The translations under genes were made by a program, and so were the position numbers. Positions 63,617 to 64,000 of a stretch of 64,000 nucleotides of DNA are shown here, in pieces; within the stretch, counting starts at the first letter, position 1; every line of letters starts with the position of its first letter. This DNA is from Octopus sinensis (Eukaryota). Where the stretch lies: contig NC_042999.1 of the NCBI RefSeq assembly GCF_006345805.1, forward strand, positions 127,224,001 to 127,288,000, in the 5' to 3' direction. The notes beneath the pieces are model-generated. The model saw only the letters and a program-made list of their open reading frames with translations. It did no database searches and was not told the origin of the DNA.

Positions 63617-64000
63617 CTAGCAGTATCGCCCGGCATTGCTCGGGTTTGTAAGGGAAATAACTATATAAGCATTTTTAGAGAGTTACTTCCCTTATAGATG
63701 CCAATTCGGGCTTTCTTAGCCATTTCTGTTTTGGTGTCTTCAAGCCATGAAGTCGTTGTTCTAAAAGAACGCTGGTCTCCTTGACAACGCATTACGACGT
63801 TGATTTCCTTACACTCCCTTCCCCACAGCTTCACGAGGGAGGGAAGAAGGGGGAGAAGCAAACAGGTGCAGGTGTGACCATGGACGCCAACTCCGCCGCC
63901 ATCGACACACGAAAAATTATGCATTAAAATGGAATAAAAAATGATGTTAAATTATTTTTAAAATCGTAGACTCATCGTAGACGCGTGCTAATACTCAGAC
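63617..64000 (-). mobile_element. Helitron family 1 copy (3' end present; runs off the window)
   Basis: a|CTAGcagtatcgcccggcattgctcggg, inserted in a (TA)n array, highly similar to 23236-23747. Confidence 0.92.

Overview
AT-rich animal genomic DNA, most likely a coleoid cephalopod (Octopus). That assignment is inferred from the tRNA-headed SINE families, the (GAT)n-tailed RTE 3' ends and the extreme microsatellite load. I found no recognisable host protein-coding gene, rRNA, tRNA gene or CRISPR array, so the window looks intergenic or deep-intronic. Almost all long ORFs in the track are microsatellite read-throughs. Informative content is transposable elements: a near-complete CR1-group LINE ORF2 (18.3-21.6 kb), RTE LINEs, Hero- and R4-like REL-endonuclease retrotransposon fragments, mariner, maT-like and Tc1 remnants, two non-autonomous Helitron families, many SINEs, and many Penelope-like element (PLE) remnants. 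The standout signal is six minimal type I hammerhead ribozymes with complete catalytic cores, from at least five unrelated sequence families (16022, 23866, 31807, 39290, 55031 and 63187, plus a relative of the 39290 copy at 61558). One family shows compensatory stem changes between copies. Many fold-back elements have arms that break at the ribozyme stem II/III. A 188-bp piece of local DNA from 7 kb upstream has been copied into one PLE fold-back. All structures were folded and aligned by eye, and the edges of degraded elements are approximate (about 20-50 bp).
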